Source of the DNA: an uncultured Verrucomicrobiae bacterium | GTDB lineage: Bacteria > Chlamydiota > Chlamydiia > Chlamydiales > Rhabdochlamydiaceae | DNA length: 64,000 bases | Reading direction: 5' to 3' | Assembly: GCA_963818965.1 (NCBI GenBank) | Contig: CAWFUG010000012.1 | Coordinates: 32,001-96,000, forward strand | Shown: in pieces, positions 40,795-50,757 of the stretch | Layout of the letters: the number at the start of each line of letters is the position of its first letter | How positions within the stretch are numbered: position 1 is the first letter of the stretch | Program-made: the position numbers and the translations under genes | Notes under the pieces: model-generated | Told to the model about the DNA's origin: nothing | The model's database searches: none | What the model saw: the letters and a program-made list of their open reading frames with translations, nothing else

Positions 40795-42537
40795 TTATTT
40801 TTTTGGCAAGGATTTTGACAAATCTAAGGCCAATCGGGCATAAAAGGCACCTACATAACTCGGCAATAAAGCGATCGATTCTTGGATAGAACGTTCGAAT
40901 CGCTCATCCAGTAACCAATTGAATTCGATAGGCATTGCAGGCTGTAGAACAAACTGCGTAGTTACATCGGCGTCAAGCAGTTCCACATGAGCAACCAACA
41001 GCGCACAAGGGGGAAGGGTTGTCAGAGGCCCATAGCCTAGAGAGGGGTGAATAAATAGCATCCGTTTTTCCCCAATGCACATTCCTTGTAATCCCTGTTG
41101 GAAACCCTGAATTGTCTCTGACAAATGGATCCACGTATCATTATTCGCAAACAGGATATTTCCAGAAATGTCTTCAATGACATACTTGAGACGCACGTGA
41201 TTCACACCTTCTATACTTTTGCCAGAACCTTCTTGCACTATTTTGGCATAGAGATGATCGGGAACTACAACCCAAACTGTTTGGTCTTTAGACAGGTTCA
41301 TGCATTCATTTTGGGCAGCTAAAAAATTGTCTTTAGCTTTTTGCAGGCCCCGAAGCATTTCCCGCGAGGCGCTCATCATGGGTGGGGGGGACGGTAAAGA
41401 AGAAGATGCAATGAGTGCTTGTCTAAACATTTTTTCGTCTTGTGCGTCTGTAAAACGACGCGCTACTCCTTCTAAAATGTACGACCATGTCGCCTCTGTA
41501 TTTTCTATGAAAGACCATACCGATTTTTGTACGGGGGACCGATTGCAGGTGATGCGGGGTTTCTTACCCCCGATGATCTCTAGAACTTTTTCTAGCAGAT
41601 GATTCTCTCTGAGCAATGCTTTGGTTTGCTTTTGCGCTTTTTGTAGAGAATGAAAGAGCACATGATTAGGATCTCCCCCCTTAAACGCATTAAAAATAAA
41701 ACGAGGTTGCTCCGTGTACAGGGATTCGGGGAGCTGTTCTGATTTTGACTTTAGGGTAGAAATTTCATCTTGGATTGCATCGAACCCAAAACCCGGACGC
41801 AGAGAACTCGCTTTCCTTCTAAATAAAGAATCGTTCCCTCCTGCATGTTCCAAATAATATGTTCCATACATCCACCAACTATCTTCTCCTTGCAAAAGCG
41901 TACTTTTGGGCAAGAAAGGCGCATTGTCTTTAGAGATGGACAAACGATCAATCGTTTCTAAACGTCCGCCGACAATGCTATTATGAGAGCCGAAGCCCAA
42001 AATAATTCCTATTAGAGTGAGATCATCCTGTAGCACATCCATAAACCGTTCATTAGAATAGGCCAATTTGTTAACCAGTTCGTCAACCTCAACCGCTGAC
42101 CCTAAGACATATCTGAATAAGTGGATATTTTCACAAATAACCTCTCTCAATTTGGGCAGATGGATAAATTGCACTTCGAACCCGCAGACCCTATCTTCCT
42201 TTTCGATGACAGGGATGGCCTTGAGGGCAAATCGATCTTGCTGCGAACACAACTTGTTCCATATTTGAATAGCTTCACGCACCAAAACCGTTTTCTTAAA
42301 CTCATTCTCTGAAACTTCCAAATCTCTCATAGGAAATACATCCAGAGGATAAAACTGTCTTATCGATAATGGTTTTACTCCATTCAAAACATAGCCATAT
42401 TCTTCTTCGAGGATGGTCATCTTAAAGAACAAGTCCAACACTTCGTAATCCCTGCGTTCTTGCACATGGATACATACAGGGTTAGCAAACAGCCCATACC
42501 CGTTCACAAGACAAAAAACTGCCAAAATCCAACGCAT
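40795..42537 (-). CDS. Exported protein with a C-terminal FKBP-type PPIase domain
   Basis: Signal peptide; TIQGFQQGLQGMCIGEKRMLFIHPSLGYG...VELL. Confidence 0.75.
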   Translation of the reverse strand: MRWILAVFCLVNGYGLFANPVCIHVQERRDYEVLDLFFKMTILEEEYGYVLNGVKPLSIRQFYPLDVFPMRDLEVSENEFKKTVLVREAIQIWNKLCSQQDRFALKAIPVIEKEDRVCGFEVQFIHLPKLREVICENIHLFRYVLGSAVEVDELVNKLAYSNERFMDVLQDDLTLIGIILGFGSHNSIVGGRLETIDRLSISKDNAPFLPKSTLLQGEDSWWMYGTYYLEHAGGNDSLFRRKASSLRPGFGFDAIQDEISTLKSKSEQLPESLYTEQPRFIFNAFKGGDPNHVLFHSLQKAQKQTKALLRENHLLEKVLEIIGGKKPRITCNRSPVQKSVWSFIENTEATWSYILEGVARRFTDAQDEKMFRQALIASSSLPSPPPMMSASREMLRGLQKAKDNFLAAQNECMNLSKDQTVWVVVPDHLYAKIVQEGSGKSIEGVNHVRLKYVIEDISGNILFANNDTWIHLSETIQGFQQGLQGMCIGEKRMLFIHPSLGYGPLTTLPPCALLVAHVELLDADVTTQFVLQPAMPIEFNWLLDERFERSIQESIALLPSYVGAFYARLALDLSKSLPKK

Positions 42538-42884
42538 TATTTTAGATTCCATAACTTACAATGACGTACATAGTAAATGCATCCCTGTCTATGACATAAT
42601 TGACATCCACCGCAAAGATTATGACCCATTTGACAATACCCAGCAGACGCCACTTGAACTCTCCACTGATTTCCACTCCTTTGCAAGGCCTGCACAGGGA
42701 ATGAATGGTCATCAATCACAACCATCATTTCATCATTTTCAAAATATAAATCTTGAGTGGAGACAACGAAGCTCGTCTCATGAGTATGAAGTTCTACTTC
42801 TTCTGAAGCCGCGCATTGCTCCATATGACCTAAGCCAAACAAACTGACAAACCCTAAACAAGCCACATAAATCAACTCTCTCAT
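42537..42884 (-). CDS. Small exported Cys/His-rich protein
   Basis: GGAGG RBS, signal peptide, C-terminal CQMGHNLCGGCQLCHRQGC; TAATG coupling to the next gene. Confidence 0.8.
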   Translation of the reverse strand: MRELIYVACLGFVSLFGLGHMEQCAASEEVELHTHETSFVVSTQDLYFENDEMMVVIDDHSFPVQALQRSGNQWRVQVASAGYCQMGHNLCGGCQLCHRQGCIYYVRHCKLWNLK

Positions 42885-42927
42885 CTTAGACCTCCAAGGT
42901 ACGAAGTTATTGTATACCCAACTTTTC

Positions 42928-44250
42928 TTAGACAGCCGTTATAGCAACTGTTTTCTTTTTTGCAAAGTTTCTCCCCGAAGCCAATACATACCCGACGCCG
43001 AGGGCCATATGCAGCCAGACGTAGTTGCGGAAGAGGCCTTGATTGAATTGCAGGCAGAAGAGCATGACGAGTAAAGAGAGGAACAGGGCAAAAATTTCGA
43101 TCCTCTGTTCCAAGGGGATCTCCCGGGTGAGTGCATTGCGAAAGAGGGAATAGATCGCATAGAGAAAGGCACCCCAGGCACAAAATCCCAAAAGACCGAG
43201 GCTTCCCAGAAGTTCAAAGAGAACATTTTTCGGATCGAGCAGGGTAAACTGCTCGATAGCGGGATTGTCCAATACCGCTTTTTCAAAGAGATACAGGTTT
43301 TGCAAGTAGACGAGGGGACCGACACCTCCTAACCCCACGCCGAAAAGAGGGTGGGCGCAAAAGATGTGCCACGCATTTACAATCGCCTCCCAGCGCTCTA
43401 AGAAAGATCCTTGCGCCAGTCCAATAGCGAAGAACTTGTAAAAGGTCGTTACAAAAAGCTGATAGAAACAGAGAGCAAACCCAGCGAACAATCCAAAAAA
43501 GATCCATCCCATCCGCACTGTCTTCTGAACTAATCCAGCAATAAAGGGGCGCATCCACGCACCACGCGCGAGAAAAGGGAATGCGATGAGAAAAAACACA
43601 TACCCAAAAAGGGCGCCTGTAGACGTCGATGCGATGAGTAAAAAATTGACTAGAAGGAGGGGCACGAGCGTTTTTAAGCGAAAAAAAGAGCCTTCTTGCA
43701 ACACTTTTTTCGTGTTGTAATACATGACAGGGGCGATCGCATACAGCGCATAATAGGAAGGTTCATAAGAGAGCCCCTGCCCGCGAGCGATGAAACCGAG
43801 CACTCTCTGGCGCACCAGAGGATCTTCAAAACCAAAAAAAGAAAAGACAAATTGCAATGCTGCATAAGAGCCGATGCATAAAAAACTGCCGAAATAGAGT
43901 TTTAAAATTTTTTGCCGATCGAAGAAAAACATCCATTGTATAGGCAATAAGAAGAAGAGTAGTACGGTAACACCGTTTGCTACGACGTATCCCAAAGAAC
44001 GGGAGAAGCATGGGCTGAAGAAGGAAGAGATCAGTTGGGAGAAGAAAAGAAAGAAAAGAGGGTAGATCACTCGTTTTGGAAAAAAACAGCACTGGCTCGA
44101 AAAAAAGGTGAGGGGGAGTAGGAGCAACGCGAGGATATGATTGAGCTTCGGCTTAAAGAGATAGACCTCTACAAAGAGCAATTCTGCAGAGACCGTGAGG
44201 AAATAAAGAAAAATCAGTCCATAAAAAAATATGTTGGGGCCTGTCGTCAA
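42928..44250 (-). CDS. O-antigen ligase/polymerase (Wzy/WaaL-like) membrane protein
   Basis: Multi-TM; R..G...EPS, HPLFGVGLG. Start uncertain: TTG at 44250 just outside the palindrome, or GTG at 44409 inside it. Confidence 0.75.
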   Translation of the reverse strand: MTTGPNIFFYGLIFLYFLTVSAELLFVEVYLFKPKLNHILALLLLPLTFFSSQCCFFPKRVIYPLFFLFFSQLISSFFSPCFSRSLGYVVANGVTVLLFFLLPIQWMFFFDRQKILKLYFGSFLCIGSYAALQFVFSFFGFEDPLVRQRVLGFIARGQGLSYEPSYYALYAIAPVMYYNTKKVLQEGSFFRLKTLVPLLLVNFLLIASTSTGALFGYVFFLIAFPFLARGAWMRPFIAGLVQKTVRMGWIFFGLFAGFALCFYQLFVTTFYKFFAIGLAQGSFLERWEAIVNAWHIFCAHPLFGVGLGGVGPLVYLQNLYLFEKAVLDNPAIEQFTLLDPKNVLFELLGSLGLLGFCAWGAFLYAIYSLFRNALTREIPLEQRIEIFALFLSLLVMLFCLQFNQGLFRNYVWLHMALGVGYVLASGRNFAKKKTVAITAV

Positions 44251-44252
44251 GT

Positions 44253-44419
44253 TATACCCCGTGTGCTTAGGAATGGTGCATTTGAGCGCGTCAAAGCCCC
44301 GGGGTTCGACGATCGGAAATGGGGGTTGTATTTCATCAGTACTACCCCCATTTCCGATCGTCGAATCCCGGGAGCTTTCACGCGGCTCAAATACACCATT
44401 CCTAAGCACACGGGGTATA
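44253..44419. mobile_element. Full-length 167-bp ERIC-like palindromic element (putative MITE), arm type B
   Basis: TATACCCCGTGTGCTTAGGAATGGTGCATTTGAGC...GCTCAAATACACCATTCCTAAGCACACGGGGTATA with the same core as 25624..25790. Confidence 0.85.
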
Positions 44420-44426
44420 AACTTCT

Positions 44427-44524
44427 GTCGATTTTCGGGTTCTTTTGGAGGGGTAATATACGCATGTTGATATTACCCCTCCCAAAAGAATCGAAAATTG
44501 GCCAAAATAATCCCGAAAATCGAC
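44427..44524. repeat. Nested inverted repeat of a third type
   Basis: GTCGATTTTCGGG..TTCTTTTGGAGGGGTAATAT-loop-ATATTACCCCTCCCAAAAGAA..CCCGAAAATCGAC. Confidence 0.75.
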
Positions 44525-44547
44525 CAAGCTCAATTTGATGGCAGGCC

Positions 44548-45936
44548 CTAAATCCTTTCATAGATGTCACTTAAGCGTACGATGTCATCCTCGCCGACAT
44601 ACTCTCCGACTTGCACCTCGATGAGCTCTAAGGGGACTTTACCTGGGTTTTCCAATCGGTGGACTTGCGATTTCGAGATATAGATCCCTTCATTTTCGTG
44701 GATCAATTGCTCTTCTTCTCCAATTGTGACTTTCGCTGTGCCTTTGACCACAACCCAGTGCTCGCTGCGGTGGTAGTGCATCTGCAAACTGAGGCGCTGT
44801 TGAGGGAGCACGACGATCCGTTTGATCTTATAGCGCTCCCCTTCTTCGAGAACGGTGAAGCTTCCCCAAGGGCGGTGGCTCGTCACATGTTCTGAGGACT
44901 CTTTTGCATTTTTCTCTTTGAGCGCATCGACGAGTTGTTTGACTCTCTGCGACTCCCCTTTTTTGCCGATAAAAAGCGCATCATCTGTCTCGATGATCAA
45001 GAGATCTTCGAGGCCGATCGTCGCGATCAATCGCTTTCCGCCTAAAATCAGACACTGTTTCGTGTCGATGTCTAGGATATTTCCTCTTTTCACATTGAGA
45101 TTCTCATCTTTTTCCAAAGCATCGTAGACACTGTCCCAAGAGCCGATATCTGACCAATTGATTTCGAGGGGGATGACGAATGCACGTGCCGTTTTCTCCA
45201 AAAGGGCGTAGTCGATCGAGATGTCTGGCATCTCTCCGAAGTGGGAGAGCATCTCTTGAAAAGAGTTGGAATAGTGCTTCATGATCTCAGGACAAAATTG
45301 TTCCATCTCTTTTAAAAAAGAAGAGATCTGAAAGAAAAAGATCCCTGAATTCCAGAGATAAGAGCCGCTCTCGACGTATTCTTTTGCACGAGCATAATCG
45401 GGTTTTTCGACAAAAGCTTCGACCTTTGCGGGGGTGTTTATTTGTGGATTTTCTACCTTGATGTAGCCGTAACCTGTCTCCGGTTTTTGGGGACGGATGC
45501 CGAAGACCATGTGATGGCCCAATCGCGCGTTTTCTTCTGCTTCTTTGAGTGTTTGTAAAAAGAGGTCTTCTGGGAAAATGAGGTGGTCAGAAGAGGAGAC
45601 GAGAAAACACTCAGAGGGGTCGACCCCACACTTTTCTTCGAGGTATTTGACTCCTAAACAGATCGCAGGTGCTGTGTTTTTGCGATCGGGCTCGATGAGG
45701 ATCTGCTTTTCTAGAGTGGGATCGAGAAGACTCACCTGGGATTTAACGAGGTGAAAATAATTTTGGTTAGTGATGATGAGGAGATCGGACGGGGGAACTA
45801 AAAGCAGATAGCGCTGGATCGTCTTTTGCAAAAGGGAGTACTTCTCGCCAAAATGCAAAAACTGCTTAGGAAAGGATTGACGCGAAATCGGCCACAAGCG
45901 CGTTCCGCTGCCGCCGGCAAGAATGATGATTTTCAT
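44548..45936 (-). CDS. manC: Mannose-1-phosphate guanylyltransferase/mannose-6-phosphate isomerase
   Basis: ILAGGSGTRLWP..PKQF, ETGYGYI, WSDIGSW, cupin LSLQMHYHRSEHW. Confidence 0.96.
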   Translation of the reverse strand: MKIIILAGGSGTRLWPISRQSFPKQFLHFGEKYSLLQKTIQRYLLLVPPSDLLIITNQNYFHLVKSQVSLLDPTLEKQILIEPDRKNTAPAICLGVKYLEEKCGVDPSECFLVSSSDHLIFPEDLFLQTLKEAEENARLGHHMVFGIRPQKPETGYGYIKVENPQINTPAKVEAFVEKPDYARAKEYVESGSYLWNSGIFFFQISSFLKEMEQFCPEIMKHYSNSFQEMLSHFGEMPDISIDYALLEKTARAFVIPLEINWSDIGSWDSVYDALEKDENLNVKRGNILDIDTKQCLILGGKRLIATIGLEDLLIIETDDALFIGKKGESQRVKQLVDALKEKNAKESSEHVTSHRPWGSFTVLEEGERYKIKRIVVLPQQRLSLQMHYHRSEHWVVVKGTAKVTIGEEEQLIHENEGIYISKSQVHRLENPGKVPLELIEVQVGEYVGEDDIVRLSDIYERI

Positions 45937-47023
45937 GATGTTCCTCCCATTTTCTTTCGACTAGTGCTTTCCATTCTAATTGAAATCTCTTTCGATTAAA
46001 GTAGGCAGCGTGTCTTTGCAACACTTTTGGATCGAACTCTTTTTTCTCGAACGCTCGGATCGCATCGATTAAAGAAGCCAGACTCTGCTCTTTAAAGAAA
46101 ATGCCTGTCTTTCCTTCGACGACCGTTTCCAAGGCACCCCCCTTTCCAAAAGCAATGACAGGAGTTCCCGCTGCCTGCGCCTCGAGGACGACGATCCCAA
46201 AATCTTCTTCCGCCGCAAAAATAAATCCCTTGGCGCGCGCTAAATAATCATGAACCACCGCATCGCTCTGGCGTCCTAAGAGCTCCACATTCATACCTGC
46301 CTTTGCCCGGATCTTCTTCATCTCAGGCCCATCCCCGATCACGACGAGGCGTTTATCAGGAAGATGAGAAAATGCTTCGACGATGAGATCGATTTTCTTA
46401 TAAGGGACCATCCGAGACACTGTGAGATAGAAAGAATCTTTTTTCTCTCGGAAAGGGATCAGGTGCGTGTCGACTGGAGGATAGATGACCTCTGCTTTTC
46501 TTCCGTAATTTTTCTCGATTCGGCGTGCGATGTAATGGGAGATCGCTATAAAGGAATCGACTCGAGAGACGGAAGCGCTATCCCATAGGCGTAAATAGTG
46601 AAGAGCCATTTTAGCAGGTAACTTTTGCCATTTAGAAATACCTGCGAGATAGCTATGCGTCAAGTCCCAAGCGTAGCGCATTGGCGTGAAGCAATAGCAA
46701 AGGTGCAATTGCTCTGAATGGGTCAATGCTCCCTTAGCAACCGCATGCGATGTCGACAAGACCACATCGTATTCTCTTAAATCGAATTGCTCAATTGCAA
46801 GGGGAAAGAAGGGAAGATAATGGCGATAGAATTGCTTGGAAAAGGGACATTTTTGCAAAAAAGAGGTGTGGATTTTTTGATTGAAAACGCAGGCGGGAGG
46901 GACAGCTTTGGGATCGTGAACGAGCGTGTAAATGGGTGCAGGGAATGACTCGACGAGCGCCGAAAGTACTCTTTCTCCCCCTCCCAAAGTGGTCAACCAA
47001 TCGTAGACATGGGCCATTTTCAT
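45866..47023 (-). CDS. GT4 glycosyltransferase (WbaZ-like mannosyltransferase)
   Basis: GGGERV, TPMRYAWD, EEDFGIVVLEAQAAGTPV. Start set at MKMAHV. Confidence 0.9.
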   Translation of the reverse strand: MKMAHVYDWLTTLGGGERVLSALVESFPAPIYTLVHDPKAVPPACVFNQKIHTSFLQKCPFSKQFYRHYLPFFPLAIEQFDLREYDVVLSTSHAVAKGALTHSEQLHLCYCFTPMRYAWDLTHSYLAGISKWQKLPAKMALHYLRLWDSASVSRVDSFIAISHYIARRIEKNYGRKAEVIYPPVDTHLIPFREKKDSFYLTVSRMVPYKKIDLIVEAFSHLPDKRLVVIGDGPEMKKIRAKAGMNVELLGRQSDAVVHDYLARAKGFIFAAEEDFGIVVLEAQAAGTPVIAFGKGGALETVVEGKTGIFFKEQSLASLIDAIRAFEKKEFDPKVLQRHAAYFNRKRFQLEWKALVERKWEEHHENHHSCRRQRNALVADFASILS

Positions 47024-48115
47024 TGCTGCACCAATTGTTCGATGACTCTCAGGTGCGCATCCGCGCAACGCTTCCACTCATATTTGTGGCTCTGCTCCTC
47101 TCCCTTTATTTTTAAGGCATCTCTGAGAGGAGGACTCTGAAGGACTTTCTCAATAGCAGAGACGATCGTCTCAGGAGAATGGGGATCGATGTAAAGCACA
47201 GAGTCTCCACATACCTCTGGCAAAGCCCCCTTGCACGAGGCGATGACAGGGCAGCCCAAATGCATCGCCTCGATAGGAGGAAATCCAAACCCCTCATAAA
47301 GAGAGGGGAAAATCAGGTGCGATCGCGCGCCGATAAGCGAGGGAGAGAAAGGAATCTGAGACATTTTCTAAGAAATGGATCTGATTTTGTAACCCGTGAT
47401 CGGAAAAAAGAGCGGCGCGATCCTCCACATGCCTCAATCCCTCATTTTTTCCGATGATGACCAGATCGATCTTTTCTGAATGAGAAAGGGTTCTAAAAGC
47501 CTGTAAGAGAGCCTTTAGGTTTTTATGGGGTTTTAAACTGCCCACAAAAAGGAGAAATTTTTCAGGAAGCGCAGGAAAGCTATGCTGCATCGCGCTCTTT
47601 TCTCGAAATCCCCGATGATTTCCCCCTGAATAGATCACTTCGATTTTCCCCTCTTTCACAGCGACGTATTTCTCCAACTCATTTTTAGAAAAATGGGAGA
47701 CGGTGACGATTTTATCTGCATAACGGACAGCAGAGCGCATCATCTGACGAGCATACCATTTTTCCATGGGCGTGAGCAAATGATAAAAGGCCAAATGGTA
47801 GACATCGTGAATCGTCGTCATCCGCTTGCGCGCCCGAATGCGGCCGAGAGGAATATTGTAATGAGTCGACCAAAAGAGATCGCAAGGAGGAATGTTTCGC
47901 GGAAGAACCCACTGCTCTTTTAAAGAATAGATCGGCGCATCGATCACGATCGGTTCAATCCCATCCCAATCCCTTTTCTGACTCAAGAGATGGTTTCTAT
48001 GGACCAAAGCGAAGATTTTTAGGCTAGCTTGTTTTAAATAGTAGAGGAGATTGTCGATATAGGTCCCAATCCCTCCACAACCCAATAAGCGCGCATCGAT
48101 ACAGATCGTCTTCAT
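47020..48115 (-). CDS. GT4 glycosyltransferase, frameshift near 47315
   Basis: Two track ORFs join: ...VGSLKPHKNL...RRAIA / LIFPSLYEGFGFPPIEAMHLGCPV. Confidence 0.85.
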
Positions 48116-49350
48116 TTTGAGTATACGACTAATTCATCAAAAACCTGAAGATACCTCTCGGCCGCCATATCCCACGTGTAACGACACATCGCTTTTCGCG
48201 AATGGATTGCATTTTCGCGCATCAGCTCTGGATTGTCGAGAAGGTAAGCGATCTTATCCGCCATGTCGTAAATAGTGTGTGGATCAAAGACCGCTGCTTT
48301 GACATCGTGAAAGCGCAGGTGCTCTAGAAAAGGAGCGAGATTCGACATCGCGACGGGAACTCCCCGAATCCACGCGTCAAATCCCGGGCAATTGCCCCCT
48401 TCGTAAAGGGAAGGATTAACGACCATCCTAGCTCCCTGAATCAACGCTTCGATCTCTGTATGTGTCACATAACCGAGCCCAAAGACATCCTGAGGAACAG
48501 ATCCCCTCTCCATTCCTTCGACACAGGCTTTTCCATTATAGCTCTCTGTCCCAGAACCGACGAAAACAAGTGATGGAGCATAGCCTCTTTTTTTTAACTC
48601 TGCAAAAGCAGACATCAACATCCCTGAATTTTTATGGACCGAATGGTTCGTCGGCACGAGGAGATACTCTTTGGAGAGGTTGAATTTTTTCAGGACAGCT
48701 CGCACTGTCTCTTCAGAAAGAGGCTCTGGACTCGCTGGGGCTGCCACTTCGATGATGCGCGCTTTGTCCTTTGCTTCGGGGTAAAATTTCTCTAATTCAG
48801 AGCGCATGTATTCGGTCAAGACGATCGGCGTCATCTTCTCGAGAAGAATCGGCGTCTCTCGCATTAAAAATTCATAAACCCAAGGGGCCAGCGGACCTGC
48901 TCCAAAAAAGTAACGGAAATTAAAATCGTGAAAAATCCCCACCATGGGACACTCTAAATGAGGACACTTGAGGTGGAAAGGCCAAGTGAAAAGAGCGAGG
49001 TCATATCCCTTGATTTTCTCCTCTAACTCCTTGTGCAACTGCCCAGAAAAGCCATAGGAAAAGTGGGAAACCCACCTTTCAAACTTCCTCTGTAAAAGCG
49101 AGATAATATGCCGACTTCCCCGAATTTTGAAGATGTCTTTTCCCGCTAAAGCCATCGAAGAGAGCGTCTTCAACTCAATCCCTGCACTTTCAGCGAGCCC
49201 TTCAAGCCCTTCTCGCTCAATGCCATGTTTTGCTCCGTAAAAAGTGATCTCTAAATCAGGTCTCACTCTTTTTAAAGCAGCGAGAAGAGAGCGCACGACG
49301 CGCGCACCACCGCCAGGGTTGATGATATGATCGATGACTGCAATTTTCAT
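48112..49350 (-). CDS. GT4 glycosyltransferase
   Basis: GGGARV, HKN, PSLYEG...DAW..GVPV. Confidence 0.85.
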   Translation of the reverse strand: MKIAVIDHIINPGGGARVVRSLLAALKRVRPDLEITFYGAKHGIEREGLEGLAESAGIELKTLSSMALAGKDIFKIRGSRHIISLLQRKFERWVSHFSYGFSGQLHKELEEKIKGYDLALFTWPFHLKCPHLECPMVGIFHDFNFRYFFGAGPLAPWVYEFLMRETPILLEKMTPIVLTEYMRSELEKFYPEAKDKARIIEVAAPASPEPLSEETVRAVLKKFNLSKEYLLVPTNHSVHKNSGMLMSAFAELKKRGYAPSLVFVGSGTESYNGKACVEGMERGSVPQDVFGLGYVTHTEIEALIQGARMVVNPSLYEGGNCPGFDAWIRGVPVAMSNLAPFLEHLRFHDVKAAVFDPHTIYDMADKIAYLLDNPELMRENAIHSRKAMCRYTWDMAAERYLQVFDELVVYSK

Positions 49351-50757
49351 GTAATTCTAATTTCTTTTGCTACTCGTATAGGCACACAACTTAACCCAAG
49401 AATGGAAAAAAAGACAATCCTAAGTTTGGCATTTTCAAGCAAGTACATGTCGCAGCCCCCGATTAAAATCAGCCCGAGGAGTAGAGAGATAAAAAGGCTC
49501 CTTTCTAAACTCTTAGGCGCTTTGAAAAGTTTTACCAACAAATCCCCTAAAAAGAGTAGAAAACACGCTGCCCCTAAGATTCCCGTTTCTGCGAGAATGA
49601 GGAGAAAAATATTGTGGACTTTGTAAATTAGTCCGGTCGGTCCTGTGTATTTCTCAATGTGAAATTGAAAATTATTAAAGCCCACTCCCAACCAGGGATG
49701 TTCTTTTTCCATTGCGATTGCAGCCTTCTGGTAGGTAACCCTCTCCTGATCTGCCATCTGAACATGAGATGTGTAATTGACAATGCCGCCCCGCGCAAAG
49801 ATCTGCGCAGAGAAAAGAAAAAAACAGACCCCAGCGCTACAAACGAGGATCGAAAATAACTGCACGATTTTTTTAGGAGCTTCTCTAACCCACAAAAACG
49901 ACAAAACCGCCGTTGCCACAATCAATGCTAAAAGAGCAGAACGAGAATAAGTAGTTACAAGGGTGAAGCATTGCAAAAAAATACCAGCGCCTAAAAACAG
50001 CGCACAGGCCCTTCTCGTTTCACTCAAGTAAAGGTAAAAAGTGAACAGAAGGGAGATGAATAAAAAACCGCCAAACGCATTAGGGTGGTAAAACGTCGAA
50101 CAGGAGCGCAGAAGAGAGGGAAATTGCGCAGCTGTCGCGAAATACCCATCGAAAAACCACCGTTTTTGGGAAGGGTTTAAGAACAAAAAGCCCCGAGTGG
50201 TGCTCTCTCCCAAACCCCTTAAGCCCACCTCTGTTTGTAAGAAAATACTGTCCAATGCCAATCAGAGAGACGATACACGCTGCACCTAGAAAGATCCAGG
50301 CGATCCGACGGATCAGAGAAACTCCTTCCTGCGGAGAAAAGCTGATACGCAAGGCAAAAAAAAGGAGAAAAGATAGAGAGAACTTCAAGAGCCAAACGTA
50401 CTGAAAGAGATGCCCACCCCATTCCGACATTACGATGGAAAAGGCGCTTACCGCTAAAAATAAAGAGAGAAACTTCGAGGACCCCTCCCAAAAAAGTAAA
50501 CGCAACGAAACCCGAAATCGAAACAACAAAAGAAAAAGAATTCCTAAGAGAAAAAAATCGGAATACTCCAAGGTCAACGTCTTAGAAAATGCGCTGGGAA
50601 AAGAGATCTCTGCCGCATACATCTTCTTAAAAAATGCTTTTCCCAGTCCCCTTTGTCGGTGTTGAAACGGAAAGAGAAGAAAGAGCGCCAAAAACAAAAA
50701 GGAGAGGCCTCTCCCGAATCGCGACTCTGGAATGTATCTTTGCAAAAATCCCTTCAT
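49347..50757 (-). CDS. O-antigen ligase-like membrane protein, frameshift near 50235
   Basis: Two track ORFs join; HPNAFG, TYSRS, HPWLGVG, HNIFLLILAETG. Confidence 0.8.
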
